Source: Candidatus Multivoradales bacterium (lineage in GTDB: Bacteria; Acidobacteriota; Thermoanaerobaculia; Multivoradales; J023). From it: 64,000 nt of DNA. The stretch spans positions 32,001 to 96,000 of the forward strand of contig CBDFLE010000005.1 in assembly GCA_965248925.1 (NCBI GenBank), written 5' to 3'. Of this stretch, positions 38,688 to 49,379 are shown in pieces. The stretch's first letter is position 1. Every line of letters begins with the position of its first letter. The notes beneath the pieces were generated by a model that searched no databases, was not told where the DNA came from, and saw only the letters and a list, made by a program, of their open reading frames with translations. The position numbers and the translations under genes are program-made.

Positions 38688-39931
38688 ACTCGGCGCCGGC
38701 AGCGACCGTCCAGCGACTGACGGCGAGGCGGGTGTCGTGGCAGCATCGTCTGCCCCTGCCAGCCACCTTGGCGTTGCGTTTCCTGCGCTCGGCTCGGCGC
38801 GACGCTTACGTCAGTTTCCTCGGTCTGCTGGCCTTCGGTGGCGTCGCTCTCGGGGTGGCGGCGATGGTGCTGGTGTTGGCAGCCCTGTCGGGCTTGCAGA
38901 CCTTCCTGCGCCAGGACGTAATGGCCCGCACGCCGCATTTGGAGATCGAGTTGCCGGCGACCATTGCTGGCACCGCCCTCGACCCCGACGACTTGCTGGC
39001 CGAGCTAAAAGCAGTGGATGGTGTCGTCGAGGCGCACCGGATCTTGCGCGGCCGTGGTTGGGTGCTGGCCGACGGCTCACCGCAGTCGGTCAAGCTGGTG
39101 GGTTTCGCCGGCAGTCTGCCGCGATTCTTCGCTGACGCCACCGACCGCGCCGAAGGACTCTACCTCAGCGACCGCTTGGCCACCATTTGGGGCCTGTTGC
39201 CCGGCGACACAGTGCAAGTAGTGTCGCCCCGGCCGACCCTGACTCCCCTCGGCCCCCAACCGCGCATCCACCGCCTACGCCTGGCCGGCACCTTCGCTAT
39301 CGGCCAGACCGAAGACAGCGAGCAGCGCCTGGCCCTGCCGATCGGCATCGCTCGCCGGCTGTTGGGCGATACCACTGAGCGGCTAGAGCTGCGCGCCGAG
39401 GGCTTTGACCAAGCCTTGGCCCTGGCCGCGCCGCTGCGCCAGCTGCTGCCCGCCGGTAGCCGGCTGCGCACCTGGAGCGAGCTCAATCGGCCCTTGTTCT
39501 TCGCCCTGCGGCTAGAGAAGTCGCTGATGTTCGTCTCTCTTTTTCTGATCGTGCCGGTGGCGGGGATGGCCTTGGTGACCGTGCTGGCGCTACTGATCTC
39601 CAGCAAGCGGGCCGAGATTGGCATGTTGCAGGCGATGGGATTCGACAAAGACAGCGTGCGGCGAGTCTTCCTCCTGCTGGGCAGTGGTCTGGCGCTCGGC
39701 GGTCTGCTAGCTGGCGGTTTGTTGGGAATCGTTGGCGCAGGCTTGCTCGATCGCTTCAAAGTCCTATCGCCGCCGGGTGATGTCTATTACTTGCAACACA
39801 TCCCCTTCCAAATACAGGCGGGCGACTTATTGGCCATCACCCTATCGACCGGCCTGCTCACCCTGACTTCCACCTACTGGGCGGCTCGCCGCGCCGCCGC
39901 CCTGCGACCGGTCGAGGCATTACGGCGATGA
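38684..39931 (+). CDS. LolC/E-family lipoprotein-releasing ABC permease
   Basis: Four-TM FtsX-like layout; 'KRAEIGMLQAMG', 'LRPVEALR'; adjacent to lolD. Confidence 0.85.
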   Translation: MNSAPAATVQRLTARRVSWQHRLPLPATLALRFLRSARRDAYVSFLGLLAFGGVALGVAAMVLVLAALSGLQTFLRQDVMARTPHLEIELPATIAGTALDPDDLLAELKAVDGVVEAHRILRGRGWVLADGSPQSVKLVGFAGSLPRFFADATDRAEGLYLSDRLATIWGLLPGDTVQVVSPRPTLTPLGPQPRIHRLRLAGTFAIGQTEDSEQRLALPIGIARRLLGDTTERLELRAEGFDQALALAAPLRQLLPAGSRLRTWSELNRPLFFALRLEKSLMFVSLFLIVPVAGMALVTVLALLISSKRAEIGMLQAMGFDKDSVRRVFLLLGSGLALGGLLAGGLLGIVGAGLLDRFKVLSPPGDVYYLQHIPFQIQAGDLLAITLSTGLLTLTSTYWAARRAAALRPVEALRR

Positions 39932-39938
39932 TCGGAGC

Positions 39939-40625
39939 TTGGCGATGAGCGTCACCCTAAGCGCTCGCGGCCTGGAGAAGTCCTACCGCGACGGTGCTCG
40001 CCAGGTGCGAGTGTTGCGCGGCATCAATCTCGACGCCGCCCCCGGTGAAGCCCTGGCCATTGTCGGCCCCTCGGGCTCCGGCAAAAGCACCTTGCTGCAC
40101 CTGCTCGGCGGCCTCGACTCCCCCGACGCCGGCACAGTGGAGATCGGCGGCCGCATGCTCGGCGACCTCGATGGCGCGGCCTTGGCCAAGTTTCGCAACC
40201 GCACCCTGGGTTTCGTCTTCCAATTCCACCAACTATTGCCTGACTTCGACGCCGTCGAAAACGTCATGATGCCCGGCCGCATCGCCGGCCAGGACCCTAA
40301 CCAAGTCCACCGGCACGCCTGCCAGTTGCTCGAAGAAGTTGGCCTGGGCGAGCGCCTCGACCACTTCCCCAACCAGCTTTCGGGCGGCGAACGCCAGCGC
40401 GTCGCCATCTGCCGTGCCCTGCTGCTCGAACCCCCTCTCTTGCTCGCGGACGAGCCCACCGGCAACCTCGATCCCGAAAGTGCCGAACAGGTCTTCGCCC
40501 TGTTGCTCGACCTGCAACACCGCCACCAGACCACCACCGTGTTGGTGACCCACAACCCCACCCTGGCCGCCCGTTGCGATCGCGTGCTACGGCTTGATGG
40601 GGGAGTGCTGCAGGACGCTGGTTGA
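39939..40625 (+). CDS. lolD: Lipoprotein-releasing ABC ATPase
   Basis: GPSGSGKST, 'GFVFQFHQLL', LSGGERQR, ADEPTGNLD. Confidence 0.88.
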   Translation: MAMSVTLSARGLEKSYRDGARQVRVLRGINLDAAPGEALAIVGPSGSGKSTLLHLLGGLDSPDAGTVEIGGRMLGDLDGAALAKFRNRTLGFVFQFHQLLPDFDAVENVMMPGRIAGQDPNQVHRHACQLLEEVGLGERLDHFPNQLSGGERQRVAICRALLLEPPLLLADEPTGNLDPESAEQVFALLLDLQHRHQTTTVLVTHNPTLAARCDRVLRLDGGVLQDAG

Positions 40626-40801
40626 GACGCATGCCGTGGCCAGGATTGATAGCCTGGTTGGGTGAATGCGACCAAGAAAGCTCACCAGCAGCGCGCCGCC
40701 GACCCTTTGGGACGGCCCGACGACCTTGTAGTGGCGCACGACGTGCGCCACTACAAGATTCGAGAACCGTGAGCCGGGTAGCCTCGTGGTTCGTCGGCCG
40801 G

Positions 40802-41740
40802 TCAAGACCGACAATTCGAACGGCTCATTTGATCCAATTCTTCCTGCACCGGCCCCAGACCCATCTCGGCGCGGCGCTGGTCGACGGTTTCGGGATCTTC
40901 GAGGGGCTGGAGCTGCATCTTGCCGTCTTTGCACTGCCAGTCGGGCTGGGTGCCGTAGCGCTGCTTGCGGTCGTGGTTGACCGCTACTCGATCCCACAGG
41001 TAGGCGTAGTCGCGCTGGCGCACTCCCTGGTTGTCGAGGTATGCCTCCATCCGCTCCAGGGCCAGCTGCTGGAACTCGGGATGGCGGTCGGCATGCTGGA
41101 CTACCAACCACGCATGCTTGGCGATCGCCAAGCCGAAGCGGTGAGAGTCAATCCAGTCGTATTGGGCGAGTAGCTCCTGCATGTAAGCAGTCGAGGCGGC
41201 GTCGATTTGGATGATATTTGCGATCGTCAGCGCGCGAGTCCAATAGGGCGCCCCCTGTTCAGCCAGGTCGCGATGCTTGATGTAGGTTTGCCGCGCCGCC
41301 TGGTCGCTGACCCAGAAGTCAGAGATCTTTTCCTGCACCGAGGCGATGGCCGGGACTTTGGATAGACTCGGCTTCTCTCCTTTGCCAATCTTATGGCGCC
41401 ACTTGGCGAGTTCTTTGGCGTGGACCTTGCGACCGTTGGTGAAAGCCTTGCCGCAGGCGCGATGGTCTTTGGCTCCTAGGGCAATGCTGGTACCGGCCTT
41501 GGCCAGGGTGGTGGCGGCTCGTTGTAGCGCGCTCAGCTCGTCTTCTTGGTCGAGGGTGGCTTCGAAGTTGGGCAGTTTCTCGTTGCTGTCAAGGCTCTTG
41601 GCCCAAACGCAGTAGTCAAATTTGTTGGCTGCGGCGGGGTCAGAGAGCAGGGCGGCGATCAGACTCTCACCGTGGGCCGGCTGGGACAGCGCGCTGAAGG
41701 AGGCTGCCAGCAGTAGAGTCAAGGGGGGGGCTAACTTCAT
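40802..41740 (-). CDS. Secreted DUF6624-like protein
   Basis: Signal peptide MKLAPPLTLLLAASF; 'AWLVVQHAD', 'YAYLWDRV...QRYGTQ', 'VDQRRAEMGL'. Confidence 0.8.
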   Translation of the reverse strand: MKLAPPLTLLLAASFSALSQPAHGESLIAALLSDPAAANKFDYCVWAKSLDSNEKLPNFEATLDQEDELSALQRAATTLAKAGTSIALGAKDHRACGKAFTNGRKVHAKELAKWRHKIGKGEKPSLSKVPAIASVQEKISDFWVSDQAARQTYIKHRDLAEQGAPYWTRALTIANIIQIDAASTAYMQELLAQYDWIDSHRFGLAIAKHAWLVVQHADRHPEFQQLALERMEAYLDNQGVRQRDYAYLWDRVAVNHDRKQRYGTQPDWQCKDGKMQLQPLEDPETVDQRRAEMGLGPVQEELDQMSRSNCRS

Positions 41741-41940
41741 CGGAGGATCCTCTAGTCGGTTTCGGGAATCTGGACCGAGAGTCGGAACTCTCGAGGCTCT
41801 GGTGAAGTCACCGCCCGATACAGGTCTGCTGATTCGTCTTGGACGCTTGCTACTGACTAGTATGCCGGCGGCGGGAAAAAGGTTGAAGCTTTTGTGGGTG
41901 CAGTTGAATAGGCCGTGGCCTTGGTAGGTAAGGTCACTCA

Positions 41941-42498
41941 ATGTCCAAGCCATGTCTTTCTGATCGTCAGATCTTTGCTCTCAAGCGGCCGATGCCGCGG
42001 CTGCTGGCCTACTACGCTTTGCTGTCGCTGCTGGCTGGGCCGTTCTTCCCCTTGGTGCTGGTTCCTCTGTGGATTCGCTACCAGACGCTACGCTTTTGCT
42101 TTGATGAGGAGGGCGTTTCGCTGCGTTGAGGGCGTCTGTTCCGGCGCGAGATCCACTTGGCTTACGCCCGCATCCAGGATATTCACCTGGTGTCCAACGC
42201 CTTCGAGCGCTGGCTGGGCTTGGCGCGAGTTCAAGTGCTGACCGCCAGCGGTAGCGCCAAGGCGGAGATGACTATCGAAGGGGTCGAGTCTTACGAGGAG
42301 TTGCGCGATTTCCTCTACTCGCTCAGGCGCGGCGCAAGACCTGAGGGGGTCGCAGTCGGAGTCGCCGAGGGGGCCGAATCTGGCCTCTCGGCGGTTGCCG
42401 CGGAGGAGCTAACCACCACTCTCCGGCAGGTGGCGGCGGAGCTGCGGGGCATGCGCTTGGCACTGGCGGATCGGCAGCGCAAGGCGCCAGATGCTTGA
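41941..42498 (+). pseudogene. Bacterial PH-domain (bPH_2/YdbS-like) membrane protein with an in-frame TGA at 42127
   Basis: Reads ...GVSLR*GRLFRREIHLAYARIQDIHL...ERWLGLARVQVLTAS in one frame. Confidence 0.7.
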
Positions 42499-43145
42499 GC
42501 GCGGGCTGGCGTCGATCGGACGGCTCCTACGGATTCCGCCACCGCCGGCCTCGCCGATCGGTGATCCGGCGTCGGTGCAGGTGTTCCGCGCCGCGGTGGG
42601 CTCTTACCGCTTTCGGCTGCTGGGCTGGGCCTGGCGCCAGCTGTGGAAATTGGTGGGCCTGATCTTTGGTTTTCTCTTACTCCGCTATGGCGCTGGCTGG
42701 ATCGAGGCGCTGGCCGAATTCGACCCGTTGCCGGACCATCTCCTGGGCTGGTGGGGTGGGGGATGGTGGCATCTGTTGGAGATCCTGGCGCTGATTTTCT
42801 TTCTCGTGCAGCTGCCGATCTCGTGGCTGCTGGTCACTCTCGGCTATCGCTGCCGCTGGTATGTGATCAGCGATCGAAGTCTGCGCATCGGTGAAGGTCT
42901 GTGGCAGGTGCGGGAACAGACGATGACCTTCTCGAACGTGCAAAATCTGGCGGTCCGCCAGGGTCCCTTGCAGCGCCTATTCGGCATTGCCGATCTCGAG
43001 GTGACCAGTGCTGGCGGGGGATGTTGAGCAGCAGGTAGCCGCAGCCGGAGCGGTGGGGGACAACGATCCCACCACTAGCGAGCTGCTGGAGGCGGCGCGC
43101 GAGATGCTGCGCCAGGCCCGTGGCCTGGCGGGGGAAATCGACTGA
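42491..43145 (+). pseudogene. Second bPH_2 membrane protein, apparently truncated or internally deleted
   Basis: 'WYVISDRSLRIGEGLW...NVQNLAVRQGPLQRLFGIADLEVTSAGGG' then a stop at 43027; a helical tail-like segment follows in another frame. Confidence 0.55.
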
Positions 43146-43293
43146 CCGAGCCTCGCTTGCAGCTGGTGGGCCTGGCCCGAAGCAGGCCACGGCGTCAAAA
43201 ACCGCGCTCCCAGAAAAGGTTCCACGCACACTATCCGGTCGGTGGGGAGTGGGCGGGCACCAAGCTACCAGAGTTGATTGATAGTATTGGCTG

Positions 43294-43542
43294 GTGAGTC
43301 CGACAAAGAAAACTCGCCAGCAGCGCGCCGCCGACCGGGCCGATTGGCCGGTCCGCGTGCATCGCCTGACCGACGAGCCGGCCAACGACCTGAAGATCAT
43401 CACCACCGCTGCGGAGCGAGTGGCGATGGTCTGGTCGATCACCCTCGACGCCTGGGCCTCCGCCGGTCGTACGCTGCCGCAGTACGAGCGGCACGAGATG
43501 CCGGTGCGCCTGATCCGGTCTGAGATCCGCTCGGATGAGTGA
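43294..43542 (+). CDS. Small hypothetical protein, partner of the downstream nucleotidyltransferase
   Basis: 82 aa; overlaps the next start; 'TAAERVAMVWSIT'. Confidence 0.6.
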   Translation: MSPTKKTRQQRAADRADWPVRVHRLTDEPANDLKIITTAAERVAMVWSITLDAWASAGRTLPQYERHEMPVRLIRSEIRSDE

Positions 43543-43987
43543 GCTGAACCAGGATTTCCGGGACCTCTTGCAGCTCTTTCTTGAGGAGAGGGCGGTTTTC
43601 CTGATCGTCGGAGCCCATGCCCTCGCCGCCCACGGCGTTGCCCGCTCAACGGGTGATATCGACCTCTGGATACAGCCCGGCAGAGAGAATACCTCGCGTG
43701 TTTGGCGAGCCTTGGCCCGCTTTGGCGCACCCCTTGAATCCCTGGACTTGGAGGAAGAAGATCTGAATCGCGGCGGCAACGTGATTCAGCTGGGTTTGCC
43801 TCCCCGAAGAATCGATATCCTGACCCGGATCAGTGGGGTTGAGTTCGAATCTGCCTGGAAATCGCGAGTCATCCGCATGGTCGGTACCCAAGATCTACCA
43901 TTCCTCAGCCGGGACGACCTCTTGCGCAACAAGCGAGCCAGCGGTCGGCCGAAGGACTTGGCGGATATTGCCTTGCTGGAGGAGTGA
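43535..43987 (+). CDS. Nucleotidyltransferase-fold protein (DUF6036-like; TA-associated)
   Basis: 'IVGAHALAAHGVARSTGDIDLW', 'NKRASGRPKDLADI'. Confidence 0.8.
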   Translation: MSELNQDFRDLLQLFLEERAVFLIVGAHALAAHGVARSTGDIDLWIQPGRENTSRVWRALARFGAPLESLDLEEEDLNRGGNVIQLGLPPRRIDILTRISGVEFESAWKSRVIRMVGTQDLPFLSRDDLLRNKRASGRPKDLADIALLEE

Positions 43988-44136
43988 GGTCACCGGCTCG
44001 CACCTTGTCCTGGCCGGCTGCGAAGGGTCTGTCTTGGGCGGTGAAGGGCCATTGAATCAGTCGCAAACCGGCGGTTCAACCGCACCCGCTGTGGTACCAT
44101 CGAGCGGATTAGATAAGCGCTTCGAGGGCTGCCGGG

Positions 44137-46578
44137 ATGTTTGAGAAATACAACGAAAAAGCACGTCGGGCGTTGTTTTTTGCCCGCTATGAGGCTTCCA
44201 AACTGGGCAGCCGGGTGATCGAGTCTGAGCACGTTCTGCTCGGGGTCTTGCGCGAAGGCGAGGACTCGGTGATGGAGCTGCTGGCGCACTTCGAGATCAA
44301 GCCGGAGGCGCTGCGGCGGGAGATCGAGGGCGAGCGGGTCTTTGTCGAGCGCATCTCTTCGACCGCTGAATTGCCGATGTCGGACGAGACCAAGAAGATT
44401 CTCGCCTATGCCTCGCATGAGGCGGAGAGCATGCTGCATCCGGCAGTGGGCTCGGAGCATCTGCTGATCGGTGTGCTTAGGGTCGAGAGCAGCCTGGCGA
44501 TGCGCATCCTGACGGAGACCGGGCTCGACCTGTACGAGGTCCGCAAGGAGGTGTTGGCGATGGCCCAGGAACGCGAGGCGGCGCAGCAAAAGAAGGAGCT
44601 ACCGTTCCTCACGGAGTACGGCCGCGATCTGACCGGATTGGCGGCCCAAGGGGCCTTTGACCCGCTGATCGGCCGCGAACTCGAGGTCGAACGTATCGTC
44701 CAGGTGCTGTCGCGGCGGACCAAGAACAACCCGATCTTGCTCGGCGAACCCGGGGTTGGAAAGACCGCCATCGTCGAGGGTTTGGCGCAACGCATTGTCG
44801 AGGATCGGGTGCCGATCTTTCTGCGCCAGCAGCGGATTATCGGCCTCGATCTGTCGCTGATCGTCGCCGGCACCAAGTATCGCGGCCAATTCGAGGAACG
44901 GCTGAAGGGGATCTTGAAGGAACTCAAGGATTCCGACGATCTGATTGTCTTTATCGACGAGATCCACTCGCTGATCGGCGCCGGCTCGGCCGAGGGCTCG
45001 CTCGATGCCGCCAACATCCTCAAGCCGGCCCTGTCGCGGGGCGAGGTGTCGTGCATCGGCGCCACCACCCTCAGGGAATTTCGCAAGTACATTGAGAAGG
45101 ACCGGTCGCTGCTGCGCCGCTTCCAGGCGGTCAACATCGAGCCGCCGACAGCGGAAGAAACCTACGAGATCCTCGCCGGGGTCAAGGAGCGCTACGAGAC
45201 CTTTCATAAGGTGAGGTATTCAGAAGCGGCCCTGCGCACCGCCATCTACCACACCGATCGCTACATCCCCGACCGCTTTCAGCCGGATAAGGCGATTGAT
45301 GTGATGGACGAGGCCGGGGCCAAGGTCAAGCTGCGCCGGGTTAGCGATGTGCAAAGCGTGCATGGCATCGAGGAGGAAGTGCAGCGGGTCGAAAAACAAA
45401 TGAAGTCGGCGATCTCGGAGAAGGATTTCGACCGCGCCGTCTACTTGCGCGAGCGTGAGATCGACCATCGCGAGGAACTCGAACGTCTTAACGCGGGCTT
45501 CGACGAGATCAAATTCGCCGAAGTCACCGCGCGCGACATCGAGGAAGTGGTAGCCGCTTGGACCGGTGTGCCAGTGGCCAGGTTGCAGACTGAAGAAGCC
45601 GAGCGACTGATGCATATGGAAAACACTCTGCACCAGTGGGTGATCGGCCAAGATCGAGCAATCAGCGCCATTAGCCGGGCGATCCGCCGCTCCCGGCTCG
45701 GAGTGTCGAACCCGCAGCGGCCGGTGGGCTCGTTCATCTTCTTGGGTCCTTCCGGAGTTGGCAAGACCGAGGTCGCGCGGCGTTTGGCTGAGTTTCTCTT
45801 CGATTCGCAGCAAGCGCTGATTCGCTTCGACATGAGTGAGTACATGGAGAAGCACGCGGTGTCGAAGATGATCGGCTCGCCGCCGGGCTACATCGGCCAC
45901 GAGGAGGGCGGCCAACTGACCGAGCGAATACGGCGCCAGCCTTACTCGGTGGTGCTCTTCGACGAGATCGAGAAGGCGCACCCGGATGTCGCCAACCTGC
46001 TGTTGCAGATTCTCGAAGACGGCCGCCTGACCGATGCCTATGGCAACTCGGTGGACTGCACCAACACGATCGTCTTGATGACCTCCAATGTGGGCTCCAA
46101 ATTGGTGCTGCGGGGTGGTCGGATGGGCTTTGGCGAACAGGGAGAGGAGAGCGCCGAGAAGCAATTCGAGCGCATCGAGGAGCAGATCCTGGGCGAGCTG
46201 AAGCGGACTTTCAGTCCCGAGTTCATCAACCGGGTCGACGAGGTGATCGTCTTCAACCCCCTCGGCGCTGAGGAGTTGCGCGGCATTGTCGACATCCTGC
46301 TCAGCGACGTCAATCACACCTTGGCTGAGCGAGACCTGGTGGTCGAGGTAGATCGCGCGGCCAAGGACTGGTTGTTGCAGGAGGCCGGGGTCGACCCTGC
46401 GATCGGTGCCCGACCTCTGCGTCGTACCATTCAACGCCACATCCAGGACGCGGTTTCGGAACTTCTGATCTCGCACCACGGCGAGAAGATCGAGGCGATC
46501 GCGGTGACTGTCGAGGATGGGCAGCTGCACTTGCGGGTCACCGACCAACAAGCCCGAGAGCCGGTGGCGACCGCCTGA
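44137..46578 (+). CDS. clpC: ATP-dependent Clp protease ATP-binding subunit
   Basis: Clp-N repeats; two AAA modules (GEPGVGKT, GPSGVGKT); UVR-like linker. Confidence 0.92.
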   Translation: MFEKYNEKARRALFFARYEASKLGSRVIESEHVLLGVLREGEDSVMELLAHFEIKPEALRREIEGERVFVERISSTAELPMSDETKKILAYASHEAESMLHPAVGSEHLLIGVLRVESSLAMRILTETGLDLYEVRKEVLAMAQEREAAQQKKELPFLTEYGRDLTGLAAQGAFDPLIGRELEVERIVQVLSRRTKNNPILLGEPGVGKTAIVEGLAQRIVEDRVPIFLRQQRIIGLDLSLIVAGTKYRGQFEERLKGILKELKDSDDLIVFIDEIHSLIGAGSAEGSLDAANILKPALSRGEVSCIGATTLREFRKYIEKDRSLLRRFQAVNIEPPTAEETYEILAGVKERYETFHKVRYSEAALRTAIYHTDRYIPDRFQPDKAIDVMDEAGAKVKLRRVSDVQSVHGIEEEVQRVEKQMKSAISEKDFDRAVYLREREIDHREELERLNAGFDEIKFAEVTARDIEEVVAAWTGVPVARLQTEEAERLMHMENTLHQWVIGQDRAISAISRAIRRSRLGVSNPQRPVGSFIFLGPSGVGKTEVARRLAEFLFDSQQALIRFDMSEYMEKHAVSKMIGSPPGYIGHEEGGQLTERIRRQPYSVVLFDEIEKAHPDVANLLLQILEDGRLTDAYGNSVDCTNTIVLMTSNVGSKLVLRGGRMGFGEQGEESAEKQFERIEEQILGELKRTFSPEFINRVDEVIVFNPLGAEELRGIVDILLSDVNHTLAERDLVVEVDRAAKDWLLQEAGVDPAIGARPLRRTIQRHIQDAVSELLISHHGEKIEAIAVTVEDGQLHLRVTDQQAREPVATA

Positions 46579-46796
46579 GACGCCCCGTCGCTCCTCTGAC
46601 GCCACCTTGTTGCCACGGTACTTTCCTCCATCGGCTGTTTCGCGGTAGATTAGGCGCCGCTCGAGCCGAGCCCATTCCCGCCACCGCAGCCATTGCACGC
46701 CCCAGATCTACCGGGCAAGCCTTGTGCGGCGACTGGCACTACTATTGCTTCAGGGATTGAGATGAACTTGAACGGCCGGCGACTGCCGGCGACATA

Positions 46797-49295
46797 GTGA
46801 CTTGGCCAGCTTTGGGAATGTGCCACAGCGCCCCATCGATTAGGGACCGAGACGAGCGAGCAAGGAGCTGCCACGTGGACCGTAGACCGACGACCCAGAT
46901 CACCGCTTGTATGTTGGCGCCATGGCTGCTGCTGACTTCCCTGGTGCTGCCGATGGCACCCGTGGCCGCCCAGGACCGCCAGCTGGAGGGGCAGCCGATC
47001 GTCGAGGTCGAATGGCAGGGCCTCGACACCCTAACCAACGAGACTCTCGATCACTATCTGTTCGGCCCTAAGCGCGAAGGGACCCGCAAGCTCGACCTCG
47101 GCGAGCTCGATCGGCGGCTGAAAGAGCTGTGGCAGCGCGAGCTGATCGACGACATTCAGATTTCGGCTGAAGAGGTCGACGGCGGTGTCAAACTTCTCGT
47201 ACAGGTGAGCGAGCGACCGATCCTGATCGCCGTTGACTACGTTGGCATCAAGCGGGTGTCGCGCAGCGACATCATCGAGCGCATCGACCACGAGCGCATC
47301 CAGGTCTACGAGAGTCAGCCAATCCAGCATGGCGAGTTGGGCCGGCTGAAGGCCACGGTCGAAGATATGTACCGCGAGAAGGGCTATCGTTTTGCCGAGG
47401 TGAGCTACAGCTTGGAGCCGGTCGGTCCCGGTCAGCAGCGAGTTGTGTTCACCATCGATGAGGGGGATAGGGTCAAGATTGGCGACGTCCGCTTCGACGG
47501 CAATACGGTGTTCAACGACTTGCGTCTGCGCACCGCGATGCGCAAGACCAAGGAATCGGGTCTGCTGACCAAGATCACCAAGAAGGACATCTACAATCCG
47601 GCTACCCTCGACGAAGACCTGGATAAGGTGCGCGATTTGTACCGCAAAGCCGGCTACAAGGACATCTTGATCGCCAAGCCGGAGATCGACGTCTTCGCCA
47701 AGCGGCCGCAAGCGGCGACGGTCAAGGAGCAGAAACGGCGCCTGGCGATCACCATCCCGGTGGAGGAGGGGGACCGCTGGAAGCTCGGTGAGATCACCAT
47801 CGAGGGCAATGAGGTGTTCAGCGATGAAGCGCTGCTGCGCCAATTCGAGAAGCCTCGCGGTGGCTGGCTGCGCTCGAAGGTGATCGACGACGCGGTCGAG
47901 CGGATCGGCAATCTTTACAGCAGCTTGGGCTATGTCTTCTCCGAACTAGGAACCGAGTTACGCGAGCGCGATCCGCTGGCCAGGGAGAAGGTCGCCGACT
48001 TGGTGCTCAAAATCGACGAGAACGACCAGTACAAGATTGGCCGCATCGAATTCGACGGCAACGAGAAGACCCGAGACAAGGTTTTGCGGCGCGAGATGCT
48101 GGTGCAGGAAGCTGGGGTGATGAACACCAACGCGATGCAAAACAGCCTGCTCAAGATTCGCCAGCTGAACTACTTTAAGCTCAACGAAGAAGAGCCGATC
48201 AAGTTCAAGTTCGACGACGAGGAAAAGACCGTCGACCTCACCGTGCTGGGTGAGGAGGCGGAGCGCACTGAGTTGCAATTCGGTGGTGGCTGGTCCGAGC
48301 GCGATGGCTTTTTCGGTCAGTTCTCGATGCGCACCACCAACTTCCTGGGTCGCGGCGAAACCTTCGGGGTGTCGGTGCAGTCCGGCCGCTTCCGCGAGTT
48401 CTACAACCTCGAATACAACATTCCTTGGTTTCTCGATCGGCCGCAGAACGTCGGCATCAGCATCTTCAACCAGAGTTTCGACGACATCATCACCAGCACC
48501 ACTGATTTCCAACAGCGTTTCTCGGGTGGCTCGGTCACCTACGGCCGCAGCTTGGCGGCTTTTCAGAGCCTCAGCGTGAGCTACAGCTTCACCGATGTCA
48601 GCACCACCCAGACGCTGACCGATGCCGACGGTGTGCCACAGACTTTCAACAACACGTTCACCCAGTCGACGCTGCGACCTTTCTGGATCTACAACACCAT
48701 CGACAGCCGCTTCGAGCCCACCCGTGGACTGCGCATGACCGGTTCGCTGGAGTTCACCGGCAGCTTCCTCGGTGGTGAGACCGAATACCTCAAGCCGGTG
48801 ATCGAGATGACCTGGTTCAAGCCGGTGGGCCGTCGCCCGGTGCGTTCTTCGCTGGGAATTAACCTCGAAGCCGGCCTGTTCACCAAGCTCGAGGATCTCA
48901 ACATCTTCTCGACCCAGCGTTTCTTCCTCGGCGGCGAGAATAGCGTGCGTGGCTTCCGCCGCCGCAGCTTGGTGGTGCGCAATGAAGACGGCACTATCAA
49001 GGTCGATAATCGCGGCGTACCCCTGGGGGGCGAGCGCTACTTGCAGGGCAACTTGGAATTTCATTTGATGCCCTCGGGGCCTTTCCGGGTGGTGCTGTTT
49101 GCCGATGCCGGCGGGGTGTGGGATTCTGAGGGCTCGATCGAATTCAGCCAAATGCGATACACTGCTGGTGCCGAGCTGCGGATTCTTGTGCCGCTCTTCG
49201 GTGCGCCTTTACGCTTCATCTGGGCCTCCAATCTGGACCCGCTGCCCGACGACCAATTCGAGTCCTTCGACTTCAATATCGGTACGTCGTTCTAG
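46797..49295 (+). CDS. bamA: Outer-membrane protein assembly factor (start uncertain, possibly about 46911)
   Basis: POTRA repeats; 'NFLGRGE', 'GGENSVRGF'; C-terminal Phe. Confidence 0.92.
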   Translation: MTWPALGMCHSAPSIRDRDERARSCHVDRRPTTQITACMLAPWLLLTSLVLPMAPVAAQDRQLEGQPIVEVEWQGLDTLTNETLDHYLFGPKREGTRKLDLGELDRRLKELWQRELIDDIQISAEEVDGGVKLLVQVSERPILIAVDYVGIKRVSRSDIIERIDHERIQVYESQPIQHGELGRLKATVEDMYREKGYRFAEVSYSLEPVGPGQQRVVFTIDEGDRVKIGDVRFDGNTVFNDLRLRTAMRKTKESGLLTKITKKDIYNPATLDEDLDKVRDLYRKAGYKDILIAKPEIDVFAKRPQAATVKEQKRRLAITIPVEEGDRWKLGEITIEGNEVFSDEALLRQFEKPRGGWLRSKVIDDAVERIGNLYSSLGYVFSELGTELRERDPLAREKVADLVLKIDENDQYKIGRIEFDGNEKTRDKVLRREMLVQEAGVMNTNAMQNSLLKIRQLNYFKLNEEEPIKFKFDDEEKTVDLTVLGEEAERTELQFGGGWSERDGFFGQFSMRTTNFLGRGETFGVSVQSGRFREFYNLEYNIPWFLDRPQNVGISIFNQSFDDIITSTTDFQQRFSGGSVTYGRSLAAFQSLSVSYSFTDVSTTQTLTDADGVPQTFNNTFTQSTLRPFWIYNTIDSRFEPTRGLRMTGSLEFTGSFLGGETEYLKPVIEMTWFKPVGRRPVRSSLGINLEAGLFTKLEDLNIFSTQRFFLGGENSVRGFRRRSLVVRNEDGTIKVDNRGVPLGGERYLQGNLEFHLMPSGPFRVVLFADAGGVWDSEGSIEFSQMRYTAGAELRILVPLFGAPLRFIWASNLDPLPDDQFESFDFNIGTSF

Positions 49296-49379
49296 CGCTG
49301 CACGGAGCGCGGTCGCGCCGACTCGATCGGCCCGGCAGTCTGGGTTCTGCGAACCAAACCACTGTCAGGAGAATTCTAA

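Noticed and set aside
42127-42129. TGA recoding (Trp or Sec) in the bPH_2 gene
   Set aside because: Many neighbouring genes use TGA as a normal stop and the adjacent gene is also damaged; a nonsense mutation or sequencing error is simpler.
45220-46698. Long antisense ORFs (492 aa here; also 791-1675, 11935-12966, 25578-26723, 32422-33402, 47958-49151)
   Set aside because: Shadow frames of well-supported genes in GC-rich DNA, with no motifs.
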